Origin: Verrucomicrobiia bacterium
GTDB lineage: Bacteria; Verrucomicrobiota; Verrucomicrobiia; Limisphaerales; UBA1319
DNA: 64,000 nucleotides
Direction of reading: 5' to 3'
NCBI GenBank assembly: GCA_963664225.1
Contig: OY760937.1
Location: forward strand, 5,134,744-5,198,743
Made by a program: the position numbers and the translations under genes. The notes beneath the pieces were generated by a model, which saw only the letters and a program-made list of their open reading frames with translations, did no database searches and had not been told where the DNA came from. Below, in pieces: positions 53,419 to 63,791 of the stretch; the stretch's first letter is position 1, and each line of letters opens with the position of its first letter.

Positions 53419-53652
53419 CGATTCCAGATGCGTATCATCCAGCCCCGATTAACCAACCGCACCCGAATTTCGCAATCGTCCAATCCGCATAATCCTGTAG
53501 GGATTGCAATCTTTCAGCCCCGGGTCGCGAGGAGCGAGCCACCCGGGGTCATCGACCACCCTCCATAATTTCCCCAACGCTGTCGGCGTTGCATCAAATT
53601 CGCATCCGGCATTACAACACGGTCCGAGTCGGCCCGGGGACGTGCTGATGGT
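53419..53652. repeat. Copy 1 of a roughly 234-bp repeated intergenic element (candidate leader RNA of the mla operon)
   Basis: About 87% identical by eye to the copy at 54581..54814. Contains conserved hairpins GCAATCG...GATTGC and CCCCGGGT...ACCCGGGG. Confidence 0.7.
53514..53552 (-). other. Candidate leader mini-ORF (MTPGGSLLATRG) with a GGAGG Shine-Dalgarno
   Basis: On the minus strand, GGAGG-N7-ATG followed by a 12-codon ORF whose coding region forms the CCCCGGG...CCCGGGG hairpin; conserved in the second repeat copy. Confidence 0.35.
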
Positions 53653-53837
53653 CAATCTGTATGAAGACGGCAACGGTGGCGATGACACCGCCGATGCGCT
53701 GCGATACCTGATCGCGAGCAAGGGAAGGACGGTGGCGCTCTGGAAATTGGTGGGGGTGTGATCAACGACCGGGCTCAACGAAGGATCGCAGAGGGCATTC
53801 GATTTCAACTTGGACACGATGGCCGGGTTCCTTGCAG

Positions 53838-54428
53838 TTATACCGCGCCCGGTGCGGGTTCCCCACGCGCGGCTTTCCGAAACAACCACGCCGACCCGGC
53901 AAACAGCATCGCGTCAAACGCATTCCCAACAAACCCGCGCAATACAGCCGCTGACCACGGCGTAGCCTGGGGATTTCGAATAATCAGCACAATCACCAGG
54001 ACCAACGCTTGAACGAGCGCTGTCACGAACAGGACGCGGGCCATGCCATTTGGCTGGAAGCGCGCCATGGCGGCACCAATGATCCCCACCATGGGCACCA
54101 CGAAATAGCCGAAGGCCGCAGGATTAACGTCGTCAGCACCCTGGACAAAGTTCCCCCAGACGAGCAGAAACACCGTCACAAGCGCAACGCCAACGGCGGC
54201 TCGGTACACCGGTGTGCCAAGCTTCCTGATTACCATCTGAAACGTCAGACCGATGCTGAAGAGCAGAGTGCCGACAGCGCCGACAAGAAGAAAGGCGCGG
54301 ATATCCCAGCCCCATTCACCCGCAAAAAGGCTCCGCAGCAAGGGCACCCCCAGGAGGAGCGCAGTGATCACTGCCGGGGTCTTCCAGAGGCTCCTGCGCC
54401 GTCCACCGTCGTGCGTTTTTGTGTTCAT
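53838..54428 (-). CDS. Hypothetical polytopic membrane protein
   Basis: 196 aa with about 5 TM helices; no family recognised; flanked by the two repeat copies. Confidence 0.55.
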   Translation of the reverse strand: MNTKTHDGGRRRSLWKTPAVITALLLGVPLLRSLFAGEWGWDIRAFLLVGAVGTLLFSIGLTFQMVIRKLGTPVYRAAVGVALVTVFLLVWGNFVQGADDVNPAAFGYFVVPMVGIIGAAMARFQPNGMARVLFVTALVQALVLVIVLIIRNPQATPWSAAVLRGFVGNAFDAMLFAGSAWLFRKAARGEPAPGAV

Positions 54429-54580
54429 CTGGCCCTGTCAAGGTTGCTTGCTTTGTGACACAAAGTTACTTTATGATGCAAAGCTGCGCAAGCTTGAAAC
54501 AGCGCGGCGTTGCAGGCGAGGCTCCCGCCGAGCCATCCTATTTTGCCGGTTTGTTGATGGAAGGCCCGGCGGGAGCGCCA

Positions 54581-54814
54581 CGATATCGGATGCGTATCAT
54601 CCAGCCCCGATCAACCAACCTCACCCGAATTTCGCAATCGTCCCGTCCGCTCAATCCTGCAGGGATTGCAATCATTCAGCCCCGGGTCGCGAGGAACGAG
54701 CCACCCGGGGTCATCGTTCACCCTCCATATTTTTCCCAACGCTGTAGGCGTTGCATCAATTTCGCATCCGGCATTGCAGCACGATCCCAATCGTCCCGAG
54801 GACGTCCTGAAGGT
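54581..54814. repeat. Copy 2 of the roughly 234-bp repeated intergenic element (candidate leader of the membrane-protein gene)
   Basis: Direct repeat of 53419..53652; same hairpins and the same minus-strand mini-ORF. Confidence 0.7.
54676..54714 (-). other. Candidate leader mini-ORF (MTPGGSFLATRG) with a GGAGG Shine-Dalgarno
   Basis: Same GGAGG-N7-ATG + 12 codons architecture as in copy 1; it differs at one codon, the seventh (Leu to Phe). Confidence 0.35.
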
Positions 54815-55431
54815 GGATGTGGATGACGTCTGCGGCACCGGTCCTCTCCCTCGCCTTCATGCCAATGGAGGGCTGGGATAGGTTCAATAATATTGGGTCC
54901 TTTCTCTTTGGCCGTAAGACAAAATTCTTCAGCGCCAGGAAAAAGCCAATAAATGCGCATGGAAATATATACGTAACGATGATAGCAGGAATTTAACGAT
55001 GGTTGTTGGCCGGAAACCGGACGCCGCACGAAGGTGCGTGGCATACAACATATTCAGGCGCATCACCTGTTGGCCCAGTGCCCTCACCGGGCGTCTTTCG
55101 CGTTTTCGTCCTTTATGCTTTTGCCGCCTACCTGAATTTTGTCATGCACCCCAGCTTAGCGACATTAAACCGAACATCGATTCATGGCATGACAACAACG
55201 CCGAACCTCAGGCCCGAAGGGCCGCAACATGATAGCCTGGGCTGGAGCGAGTCTTCGAGCGGAGGCCCAGGTAATCAACACACCAACAAAAACAGCCCTG
55301 TATGGGCGTCACACAAATACCAGGCATTGTTCCTTGGACAGCACCCCTCTCAACACAAACCATCCGTCCTGCATTCATTCTCTTCGCGTCTTCGCGTGAG
55401 CATTTTTCCGCTCTCAAACCCCATGTGTCCA

Positions 55432-56511
55432 TTATCCATTCCCCCCGCCAACCCCACGCAGTGGCAACTCGCGGGCCGTCCAAACCGTCAGCGGCATCTG
55501 GCGGTCATGTGACAAAAACTCTGCACAAAGATCCTGGAACTCGTTTTCCGCTGCCATCCGGCGCGCGCGAAAAATGAATTCGCCATTCGGATCGATCGCC
55601 GGCCCAATGAAATTCAGGTATTTCTTGAACTTTTCGATATGCGCCCGGGGATGGATACGCGCGGGCCCTACGGCTTCAAACAGACCCTTCAAAAAATCTC
55701 CCACCTCCCGCCCGGTGGGTTGCGTGGGGATTTCTCCACGCAGGACCTGCCGAATCTGATTGAATATCCACGGATTGCGCACCGCTCCGCGCCCGATCAT
55801 GACACCCGCCGCTCCAGTCTGCGCCAGAACCGCAACTGCTTTTTCCGCCGTATCCAGATCCCCATTCACCAACACGGGACAGCGTAGTGAAGCGACCGCC
55901 TGGCCGATCAGGTCGTAACGGACCTCGCCTCCATACATCTGCCGAACCGTGCGCCCATGCACCGTGACGAGATCAAGCTGATGTTTGGAAAAGATATCCA
56001 GAAGCGCGGAAAATTCATCCGGCGATTCCCAGCCCAGTCGGCATTTGACCGTGAATCGAATTTTAATCGCCTCCCGCAATGCTCCCAAAATGGCATCGAC
56101 CTTGGGCGGATTCCTCAAAAGACCACCTCCCGCATTCTTGCGGCACACGATGGGCGCGGGACAACCCAGGTTCAAATCGATGGCGGCCACAGGATAAGCC
56201 TGAAGGGCTCGGGCGATTCTCACCAGGGAGGGAATGTCCTCTCCGGCGATTTGCGCGACGACCGGCTTGCCAGTCGTATTCTCCGTGACTCCGCGCAGGA
56301 TGTCCTTATCCAGACGCGAAACCGCATGCACTCGGAAATATTCGGTGAAAAACAGATCAGGCCCGCCATAAGCCGACTGCAGCTTCCAAAAGGGAAGGTC
56401 GGTTACATCCTGCATTGGAGCCAGCGCCAGCCAGGGAGTCGCCTGCGGCCAGGTAATTGGATGTTGTGCGTTCAAAAGGCGTTGCAGCACCATTCCATCC
56501 AAGGGGAGCAA
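55432..56511 (-). CDS. tRNA-dihydrouridine synthase (Dus family)
   Basis: 359 aa; LAPMQDVTDLPFW, NLGCPA and TVHGRT motifs of the Dus TIM-barrel. Confidence 0.85.
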   Translation of the reverse strand: MLPLDGMVLQRLLNAQHPITWPQATPWLALAPMQDVTDLPFWKLQSAYGGPDLFFTEYFRVHAVSRLDKDILRGVTENTTGKPVVAQIAGEDIPSLVRIARALQAYPVAAIDLNLGCPAPIVCRKNAGGGLLRNPPKVDAILGALREAIKIRFTVKCRLGWESPDEFSALLDIFSKHQLDLVTVHGRTVRQMYGGEVRYDLIGQAVASLRCPVLVNGDLDTAEKAVAVLAQTGAAGVMIGRGAVRNPWIFNQIRQVLRGEIPTQPTGREVGDFLKGLFEAVGPARIHPRAHIEKFKKYLNFIGPAIDPNGEFIFRARRMAAENEFQDLCAEFLSHDRQMPLTVWTARELPLRGVGGGNG

Positions 56512-56680
56512 ATCAAATGCCAGCTCGCGCCTTCACCGACTGCGGCGCGGGAGCATGATGAGATAAATGTCACCATGCAAACAGGATAGAGGCCGATGGT
56601 TTGGGGGTCAATATCTCAACTTTTTTTTGGAGGGAATGGCGTGATTGACAAGGACCGGGCCATGGGACACTCTCCACGGC

Positions 56681-57613
56681 ATGTCAAAATCAGCCTTGGG
56701 ACGTGGTTTGGGCGCGTTGCTGGGGGGTGGCCAGCCTTCCAAACCCGCTGCGCCCAAGCCCATTACAAACGCATCACTAACGCCCACGCCATCGGCGCCG
56801 ACGGGGCCCGGTGATACGCGCAAGGTTGCCATTACCCGGATTCATCCGAGTGTATTGCAGCCGCGCAAAGATTTTACTCCAGAGGCATTGCAGGAGCTGG
56901 CGGATTCCATTCGTTCCCAAGGTGTTATACAACCGCTGGTGGTGCGGCCGAAGGAAGGGGATTTTGAGTTGATCGCCGGCGAACGGCGCTGGCGCGCATC
57001 GCAAATGGCTGGCCTGACGGAAGTTCCAGTGGTTGTCCGTGAAGCCAACGACGCAGCCGTTCTCGAAATGATGCTCATCGAGAATCTTCAGCGAGAAAAT
57101 CTCAATCCCATCGAAGAAGCGCAGGGTTATCAGCAATTGATCGCCCAGTTCGATTTAAGCCAGGAAGAGGCGGCGGTGAAGGTGGGGCGAAATCGTGCCT
57201 CGGTGGCCAACGCATTACGGTTGTTGAAGTTACCGGATGAAGTGCGGGAGCTTATCCGCAAGGGGGAGATTACCGCCGGGCATGCCAAAGTGATTCTGGG
57301 TCTGGAAACGGCTGCTGACCAGGTGCTGGCGGCGCATGAAACCATCAACAATGGATTGAGTGTCAGGGCGTTGGAAGAATGGTTGGAGCGCCTGAAAAAT
57401 CTGTCCACAGATGTGTCCAAAGTACCCAAACCTGGCCATTTGAAGGCGCCATTGGACGCGAATGCCTCAGACATCCAGGTGCTTCTGCAGCAACGGTTTG
57501 GCGCGAGAGTTAAGCTGCGTTACCGCAAGGGCAAGGGAGCCATCACTATCCATTTCATGAACAACGACGATTTGGAGCGGATTCTGGAGATTTGCGCTGT
57601 GAAGGTGGACTGA
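56681..57613 (+). CDS. parB: Chromosome partitioning protein ParB/Spo0J
   Basis: ParB box (LIAGERRWRAS), HTH, C-terminal dimerisation domain; no parA adjacent. Confidence 0.88.
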   Translation: MSKSALGRGLGALLGGGQPSKPAAPKPITNASLTPTPSAPTGPGDTRKVAITRIHPSVLQPRKDFTPEALQELADSIRSQGVIQPLVVRPKEGDFELIAGERRWRASQMAGLTEVPVVVREANDAAVLEMMLIENLQRENLNPIEEAQGYQQLIAQFDLSQEEAAVKVGRNRASVANALRLLKLPDEVRELIRKGEITAGHAKVILGLETAADQVLAAHETINNGLSVRALEEWLERLKNLSTDVSKVPKPGHLKAPLDANASDIQVLLQQRFGARVKLRYRKGKGAITIHFMNNDDLERILEICAVKVD

Positions 57614-57711
57614 AACCGACTTCAAATCAGTATTTTACCTCAATTCTGCGGATTTCGGGTTGAACTTTCCTCCGGTTCATGCCAGAACCTTGGTCGATTC
57701 AAGACAATATT

Positions 57712-58836
57712 ATGATCAATTCACCTGAACTGCGGAAAAAATGTGCTCAAGAGCTTCTCAGCGCGATTGATCGCGCGGGTAAAATGGCGGCTTTCGTCGG
57801 CCTCGATGGATTTGTTGACGAGATCATCCACATGGTGGACAGCCGACAAAGCGCGAAAGCTTTCACACGGATTCCCACCATTACAAAATTGGCTGAACGG
57901 ATTGCAGCGGCGGCCAACAAAAGCGCGAATATCGAGATGGTCACCAAAATGACCAAGCTCGGTGGCAATGGTCCGATCATGGCCAACGCCTTGAGCAGCT
58001 TTGGCATCAAGGTCACCTATGTCGGTGCCTTGGGCTTTCCAAACTTGCATCCGGTGTTCCAGGAGTTTGCGCGCAAGGCGGATGTGCATTCGATTTGCGA
58101 GGCGGCGCATACCGACGCCCTTGAATTCGAGGATGGCAAACTGATGCTTGGCAAGATGACGCAGTTGAACGACGTCAATTGGGCCAATATCAAAGCGAAC
58201 TATGGCGAGGCGAAGTTTGCGGATAAATTCAACAAGTGCGCCCTGGTGGGATTCGTGAACTGGACGATGATTCCCTACATGAGCGAAATATGGGAGGCGA
58301 TGCAGAAGGAGTTGTGTCCCAAGCTGACCGGTCCGCGCCGGAAGATGTTCTTTGATCTGGCTGATCCCGAGAAGCGTTCCGCGAAGGAAATCGCGCGCGC
58401 GCTCAAATTGATGAAGGGATTTGAGAAGTATTTCGATTGCATCCTGGGTTTGAACGAGAAGGAAGGGTTTGAAATCGCCGAAGTGCTGGGCCTGGAAATG
58501 AAGGATCATTCGGCTGAAGGTATTGCGGCGCTCGCGGCGGAAATTCAGAAACAGGTGAAGATCAACACGGTTGTGATCCATCCCGTGGCTTTTGCCGCGG
58601 CCGCGAGCAAGGACGATGTGCAGGTGGTGAAAGGGCCGTTCTGCGCCAAGCCGTTGATCAGCACCGGCGCGGGCGATCATTTTAACTCGGGCTTCTGCCT
58701 GGGCAAGATGCTCGGATTCGATAACGCCATGAGCTTGATGACGGGCGTGAGCACCAGCGGCTATTATGTGCGGACGGCCAAGAGCCCGAACATGAAGGAG
58801 TTGAGTGGCATGTTGACGAAATGGCCCAAGGAATAA
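57712..58836 (+). CDS. Ribokinase-superfamily (PfkB-like) sugar kinase
   Basis: About 375 aa; C-terminal TGAGDHFNSGF resembles PfkB signature 2; substrate unknown. Confidence 0.5.
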   Translation: MINSPELRKKCAQELLSAIDRAGKMAAFVGLDGFVDEIIHMVDSRQSAKAFTRIPTITKLAERIAAAANKSANIEMVTKMTKLGGNGPIMANALSSFGIKVTYVGALGFPNLHPVFQEFARKADVHSICEAAHTDALEFEDGKLMLGKMTQLNDVNWANIKANYGEAKFADKFNKCALVGFVNWTMIPYMSEIWEAMQKELCPKLTGPRRKMFFDLADPEKRSAKEIARALKLMKGFEKYFDCILGLNEKEGFEIAEVLGLEMKDHSAEGIAALAAEIQKQVKINTVVIHPVAFAAAASKDDVQVVKGPFCAKPLISTGAGDHFNSGFCLGKMLGFDNAMSLMTGVSTSGYYVRTAKSPNMKELSGMLTKWPKE

Positions 58837-58864
58837 CGTTATCCAGACGGATGGTCTAAATGAC

Positions 58865-58893
58865 GGGCCGGAACGTTCTCCGGCCCGTTTTTA
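58865..58893 (+). terminator. Rho-independent terminator after the kinase gene
   Basis: GGGCCGGA-acgttc-TCCGGCCC hairpin followed by GTTTTT. Confidence 0.7.
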
Positions 58894-59056
58894 ATGTCCC
58901 GGGATGGTTTTATCTCGCCTTCAGGACATCAGGACGTTTGGACGTGTCTGTATTTGCCAGCGCGCTGAGGGTGGCTATATTGGTCTGGATTTGAGCGCGC
59001 ATCGGCAATCCCATGGGTTGAGATGCGGCATTGGTTTTGTTAGACGGAATAAGAAA

Positions 59057-59626
59057 ATGATTTTACCGATAGTCAAATATGGACATCCCGTTCTGCGCAA
59101 GAAGGGTGCCAGAGTCGAGTCGCTGACACCGGATATTGTTCAGTTGATCACGGATATGTACGAGACCATGGAGTCTGCCAAAGGCGTTGGCCTCGCCGCA
59201 CAACAAGTGGGCCGCGCGCTGCAATTGGCGGTCATCGACGTGCGCGACATGGAGGATCGTCCCTCCACGCTAAGCTTCAAAGGGGAGTCGGTGGATGTGG
59301 ATGCATTCATGCCCATGGCATTGGTGAATCCGGAAATTCGACCATTGGGGGATTGCGTGGCCGGGCCGGAAGGCTGCCTGAGTTTCCCTGAAATTTATGC
59401 GGATGTGGTGCGCCCGGAGCGTATCGCAGTCAAAGCCCTGGATCAAAAGGGAAGGACGCAGGAATTTGAATGCGGCGGTTTGCTGGCCCGCGCCATCCAG
59501 CACGAGTACGACCATCTACAGGGGATCCTGTTCATCGACCGAATGTCCACCCAGGAAAAAATGGGGATCAAGCCCGAATTGGACGATTTGCAGAGCGAAA
59601 CAAAGGCGGAATTGGCCGCAAAATAG
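59057..59626 (+). CDS. def: Peptide deformylase
   Basis: GVGLAAQQVG, EGCLSFP and HEYDHLQG motifs. Confidence 0.92.
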   Translation: MILPIVKYGHPVLRKKGARVESLTPDIVQLITDMYETMESAKGVGLAAQQVGRALQLAVIDVRDMEDRPSTLSFKGESVDVDAFMPMALVNPEIRPLGDCVAGPEGCLSFPEIYADVVRPERIAVKALDQKGRTQEFECGGLLARAIQHEYDHLQGILFIDRMSTQEKMGIKPELDDLQSETKAELAAK

Positions 59627-59673
59627 CTTAAAGCCCCAATAAAACGAATTGCGATGGGGATTCCCGATTTTAC

Positions 59674-59715
59674 GGGATTGTGGTCGTAATGGCCATAATC
59701 CCGTTTTGCTTTTTT
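59674..59715 (+). terminator. Rho-independent terminator after def
   Basis: GGGATT-gtggtcgtaatggccat-AATCCC hairpin followed by GTTTTGCTTTTTT. Confidence 0.6.
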
Positions 59716-59823
59716 GACCACTGAGCTAGACAAGCGGCACAGGGGAAATTGGTCAGGGTACAATTCAGTTACAACCACGTTCCTGCAATGCATCGATAGG
59801 CACAGGGCAAAAAGCCCATGGGC

Positions 59824-61365
59824 TTATTCCCACTCGATGGTCGCCGGTGGTTTACTCGAAATGTCGAGGCAGACACGGTTGACGCCTTTAACCTCGTTGA
59901 TGATGCGGTTGGAAATTTTTTCAAGCACATCGTAGGGGAGTTTGGCCCAGTCGGCGGTCATGCCGTCCTGGGATTCCACCGCCCTGACGGCTATGGTGTA
60001 ATCATAGGTGCGTTCATCGCCCATTACGCCCACGCTGCGGACTGGCAACAAAACCGCGAAGCTTTGCCAGATCTTGTAATACAAGCCGGCGTTCTTGATT
60101 TCTTGCACAACTACAGAATCGGCGTTGCGCAGAATTTCCAGACGTCGGGCGGAGACTTCGCCCAGTATGCGAACCGCCAGACCGGGGCCGGGGAAAGGCT
60201 GGCGAAAAACGATCTCCTTGGGCAATCCCAGTTCCAAACCCAATTGGCGGACTTCATCTTTGAAGAGACAGCGCAATGGCTCGACCAACTGCATCCTCAT
60301 TTTCTTGGGTAGACCGCCCACGTTGTGGTGGCTCTTGATCATCGAGGCGGGATTGCCGGCAATGGGCACGGATTCGATGACGTCCGGATACAGGGTGCCT
60401 TGGGCCAGAAAGCGCGCTTTGCCCACTTTCTGAGTCGATTTCTGAAAAACATCAATGAAGGTGCCGCCAATGATTTTTCGTTTTCGCTCTGGATCGGTGA
60501 CTCCTTTAAGTTTTCGCAAAAACAAGGCAGAGGCATTCTCGTACTTGAGGCGGATCTTGAAATTCCTGCCAAAAACCTCCTGAACCGTATCCGCCTCGTT
60601 GGCCCGTAAAAGGCCATTATTGACGAAAATGCAGGTCAATTGATCGCCGATGGCCTTGTGCAGCAATGCCGCAGCCACACTGGAATCCACACCGCCGCTC
60701 AAGCCCAGGATCACATGTTCCTTGCCCACCTGCGCGCGGATTTGTTCCACCGCCTGGTCCACATAATTGCGCATCGTCCAATCCCTGCCGCAGCCGCAGA
60801 TGTCATGAACGAAATTGCTGATGATGACCGAGCCTTTCGGGGTATGGACCACTTCCGGATGGAACTGGAGTCCAAAAATGGATTTTTTCCGCTCTTCAAT
60901 GGCGGCAAAATCGGAGTTTTCCGTGACGGCCACGGATTTGAAACCTTTGGGCAGCTTGGTAATCTTGTCGCCATGCGAATTCCAAACCTGAAGTTCACCG
61001 GGCAGATTTTGGAAGAGCACGCAGGCTGGATCGGTGATCTTGAGCTGTCCTTTGCCGTACTCGCGCTTGGTGCCGGACTCGACTTTGCCGCCCATGAATT
61101 GGGCGATCAATTGCAGCCCGTAGCAAATCCCCAAAATTGGAACGCCCAACTTGAAAATGGCCGGGTCGGGCAGCGGCGCGCTCGCAGCATACACACTGGC
61201 TGGACCGCCGGACAGAATGATGCCGCGAGGCTTCAATTCAGCGATTTTTGCCGCCGGTGTGCTGAAGGGCAGTATGACGCAATACACGTTGCATTCCCGA
61301 ATGCGACGGGCAATGACCTGCGTGTACTGCGATCCAAAATCCAATATGATTATCTGGTCGATCAT
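59824..61365 (-). CDS. guaA: GMP synthase (glutamine-hydrolysing)
   Basis: 513 aa; GATase domain (GICYG, HGD), ATP-PPase SGGVDSS, C-terminal dimerisation domain. Confidence 0.95.
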   Translation of the reverse strand: MIDQIIILDFGSQYTQVIARRIRECNVYCVILPFSTPAAKIAELKPRGIILSGGPASVYAASAPLPDPAIFKLGVPILGICYGLQLIAQFMGGKVESGTKREYGKGQLKITDPACVLFQNLPGELQVWNSHGDKITKLPKGFKSVAVTENSDFAAIEERKKSIFGLQFHPEVVHTPKGSVIISNFVHDICGCGRDWTMRNYVDQAVEQIRAQVGKEHVILGLSGGVDSSVAAALLHKAIGDQLTCIFVNNGLLRANEADTVQEVFGRNFKIRLKYENASALFLRKLKGVTDPERKRKIIGGTFIDVFQKSTQKVGKARFLAQGTLYPDVIESVPIAGNPASMIKSHHNVGGLPKKMRMQLVEPLRCLFKDEVRQLGLELGLPKEIVFRQPFPGPGLAVRILGEVSARRLEILRNADSVVVQEIKNAGLYYKIWQSFAVLLPVRSVGVMGDERTYDYTIAVRAVESQDGMTADWAKLPYDVLEKISNRIINEVKGVNRVCLDISSKPPATIEWE

Positions 61366-61544
61366 TCGAAAGATTTACAAACCCTAATGGAGAACACAAC
61401 AGTTTTGCCAGACCAAAATTCCGGGAGTAACGAATTTTGTCGATAAGCAAGCACCCCGAGGGAAGATGCTCGCAAAACGAGTCTTCGCCGATACGGCATC
61501 GCCTTCAAACGCCAGCCGGAATCATCAATGGACGATGCAAAAGA

Positions 61545-61907
61545 TTACTGCGTCTTCAGCACCTTTATAGCGCCTGTCTTGGGATCGTAATCATACTCCG
61601 TCCCGCGCGGCAGCTTTGGGAGTTCAGGCAGATAATGCTTGGCGATCAATTCGTTCAAATCCTTGGGGTAACGATCTTCCTGTGCATAAAAAAGATCGAT
61701 ATTCTTTCTGAGTGATGCTGTGTCGATAGTCTTTATGGCGACCTTCTGAGCCCGATTGATGGCTCCGAGATAATCGGCTGGCAGTGTTAAAGGGTTTCCA
61801 ACTTCGGAAGTGGTATTTGTGGCGGGTGGTTTGGGGGTTTCCGCTTTTTTCCCGCAACCCGTCATCGCCAACCCTGTGGCCACCAAAACGATCGCAAGTC
61901 TCTTCAT
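61545..61907 (-). CDS. Hypothetical lipoprotein
   Basis: Signal peptide with an LAMTGC lipobox; about 120 aa; no family recognised. Confidence 0.5.
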   Translation of the reverse strand: MKRLAIVLVATGLAMTGCGKKAETPKPPATNTTSEVGNPLTLPADYLGAINRAQKVAIKTIDTASLRKNIDLFYAQEDRYPKDLNELIAKHYLPELPKLPRGTEYDYDPKTGAIKVLKTQ

Positions 61908-62008
61908 GCGACAATCTATAGCAGATTCCATTGAATATCCAAGTCCTATCGGAACGCGCGGATTTTGCGCTTTTCAAGTCAAGTTCAAGATCGACGCTGA
62001 TGACGCTT

Positions 62009-63616
62009 CTATTTTTCGCGCGCATCGAAGAGTCTCGAATCCTCCAGGTCCAGACGATACATGACCTGGTTATAATCGTAGCGTGGTGTTGCTTCTGGGT
62101 TGCCGGAAAATTCCTTGGTGTATGTCCCTTCAAAGTAAATCACGCGGCCTTCCTCCTGGTCCAGGAAGGCATGGTGAATGGGATTATAGAAGGTGTAACG
62201 ATCGTGGGTGACGATCTTTCTGGCTTTAAGCCATGGGCCGGTGGGCTGTTTTGCTTCCGCATACCAAACCTCGCCCAGAAAAGAAGTGCCGTCCTGCTGA
62301 ACCGCGATGAGAATCCAACGTTGCCTCCATGGATTCCAGCGCACCGAGCCTCCGTGCATGCGAATGGTTTTGCCCGAAACGGCATCGATTGGTGAAAAAT
62401 GGGCCTCCTCGTTTTTCATCAGGCCGCTCTTAATCAATGCTCTTTCCTCGACAGGCCCGGTGGGTGGCGCGTTGGTGGTCCATCGATAAATCAATTGCCC
62501 GTTGGAGTCGCGCTGCAAATGTGCTTTTGCTGCATCTGAGGCGCTGCCCTCCGCAAGGCAGGTCCACGCTTCGTATGAACAGGGATTGACCATGCATTTG
62601 AGTTCGGCACGCACTCGGACATTGGGGAATGGCGTGCAGAAATAATAATAATCGCAGTCCTTTTCGCGGTGTTTGAAAACAGGTCCACGCGGACATTGCC
62701 AGGATTCCTCAATTTTGAATGCGGCATGGCGTTCAAATTCCTCCTTGTCGTCATTGTATATGGCCAACCCATGTTCCAGCAAGGCTCCGAGTCCTTTTAA
62801 TCGGGCAAAATGCGTGATCAGGCGTTCCCGACCCGTATCGTCAGCAACCGTGAGAAGACCGTCGATCCAGACCACACCCTCCGGGGGTTCGAACGGGCAA
62901 ATGCCTTTGGAAAAACCGTCCGCATTGCTGAAGTATTGGAAGTTAATGCCTGATGAGGGATCGAGACCACCAGACGCCGGCAAAAGAGACGTGGCGCCAC
63001 TGGTTCGAAAGTTTCCCAAGGGATAACTCAGGCGGGCTGTATCGCCCCAAAACCAATAGATCCGACCACGATAGAGTACGGATTGAACGCTATCCTGGCC
63101 GACAACCTGGGCGTTGAGCAAAGGTTGAGCCAATGGCGCGGATTCACCGACGAGCACGCTATCCCGGTAAATCCCCGCGCCGGTGGTCCGATAGAGGCGT
63201 TCCGCAATGTTTACCCGTTTGATTTTTACGATGGTCTTTCCTCCAGGCTTGGTTTCAACACGGGTTCCTACAATCCCAAAGCCGTCCGGCGCCAGTTCAT
63301 AACCATGGCTGCGCACGGAGAAAAAGACCGTTTGATTCATTAAACCCGGTTCCTGAAACGCAATGCGTCCGGCACTGTCGGTTACGTAACGAATGCGATC
63401 CACCGTATCCAATTCGACCAATGGAACCCCTCTGCCGGTTTGGGAATCCACGACCTGGATTTGATGGCAACCTTGCGCGGGGGAGGCAGCGTTTAAAAGT
63501 GGTTTTGTGCTAAAGAGTGCGACCGCAACGACCAAAGTTGCCAGGGCATGACGAACGCCCTGAGCGCCGCACAGGTTCATTAGGATTGAGCGTGGTGAAA
63601 ACAAAAGGATGCGCAT
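62009..63616 (-). CDS. Hypothetical exported protein (possible glycan-active enzyme)
   Basis: 535 aa with a signal peptide; beta-rich; divergently adjacent to a GH42 beta-galactosidase gene. Confidence 0.45.
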   Translation of the reverse strand: MRILLFSPRSILMNLCGAQGVRHALATLVVAVALFSTKPLLNAASPAQGCHQIQVVDSQTGRGVPLVELDTVDRIRYVTDSAGRIAFQEPGLMNQTVFFSVRSHGYELAPDGFGIVGTRVETKPGGKTIVKIKRVNIAERLYRTTGAGIYRDSVLVGESAPLAQPLLNAQVVGQDSVQSVLYRGRIYWFWGDTARLSYPLGNFRTSGATSLLPASGGLDPSSGINFQYFSNADGFSKGICPFEPPEGVVWIDGLLTVADDTGRERLITHFARLKGLGALLEHGLAIYNDDKEEFERHAAFKIEESWQCPRGPVFKHREKDCDYYYFCTPFPNVRVRAELKCMVNPCSYEAWTCLAEGSASDAAKAHLQRDSNGQLIYRWTTNAPPTGPVEERALIKSGLMKNEEAHFSPIDAVSGKTIRMHGGSVRWNPWRQRWILIAVQQDGTSFLGEVWYAEAKQPTGPWLKARKIVTHDRYTFYNPIHHAFLDQEEGRVIYFEGTYTKEFSGNPEATPRYDYNQVMYRLDLEDSRLFDAREK

Positions 63617-63791
63617 GACCTATTTTCTGCCTTCTTCAGAAAGAATTGTCACGGGATAGTTGAAGGGATTTGGGAGGCGTCTTCGAGTGGATGCAATGGT
63701 TGTGTGGCTGCAAAATGTCCCTACAACATTATTGACTTTATTCTTGCATAATTCACTAGAACCAATATATTGGGTTAAACCCAACTGACTT

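Noticed and set aside
53449-53889. Small ORFs in several frames across both ~234-bp repeats (e.g. 53504..53761, 54611..54838, 54666..54881)
   Set aside because: Their similarity only reflects nucleotide-level repetition: all six frames are 'conserved', and the substitutions show no codon-position bias. Only the 12-codon minus-strand mini-ORF with GGAGG is kept, as a regulatory candidate.
55003-55512. 169-aa ORF in the intergenic region between repeat copy 2 and dus
   Set aside because: Pro/Ser/His-rich low-complexity translation with no start context or homology. The region is better treated as a promoter/terminator region.
57721-58680. 319-aa minus-strand ORF opposite the PfkB-like kinase gene
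   Set aside because: It is an antisense shadow ORF; the plus-strand product has a recognisable kinase signature and this one has none.
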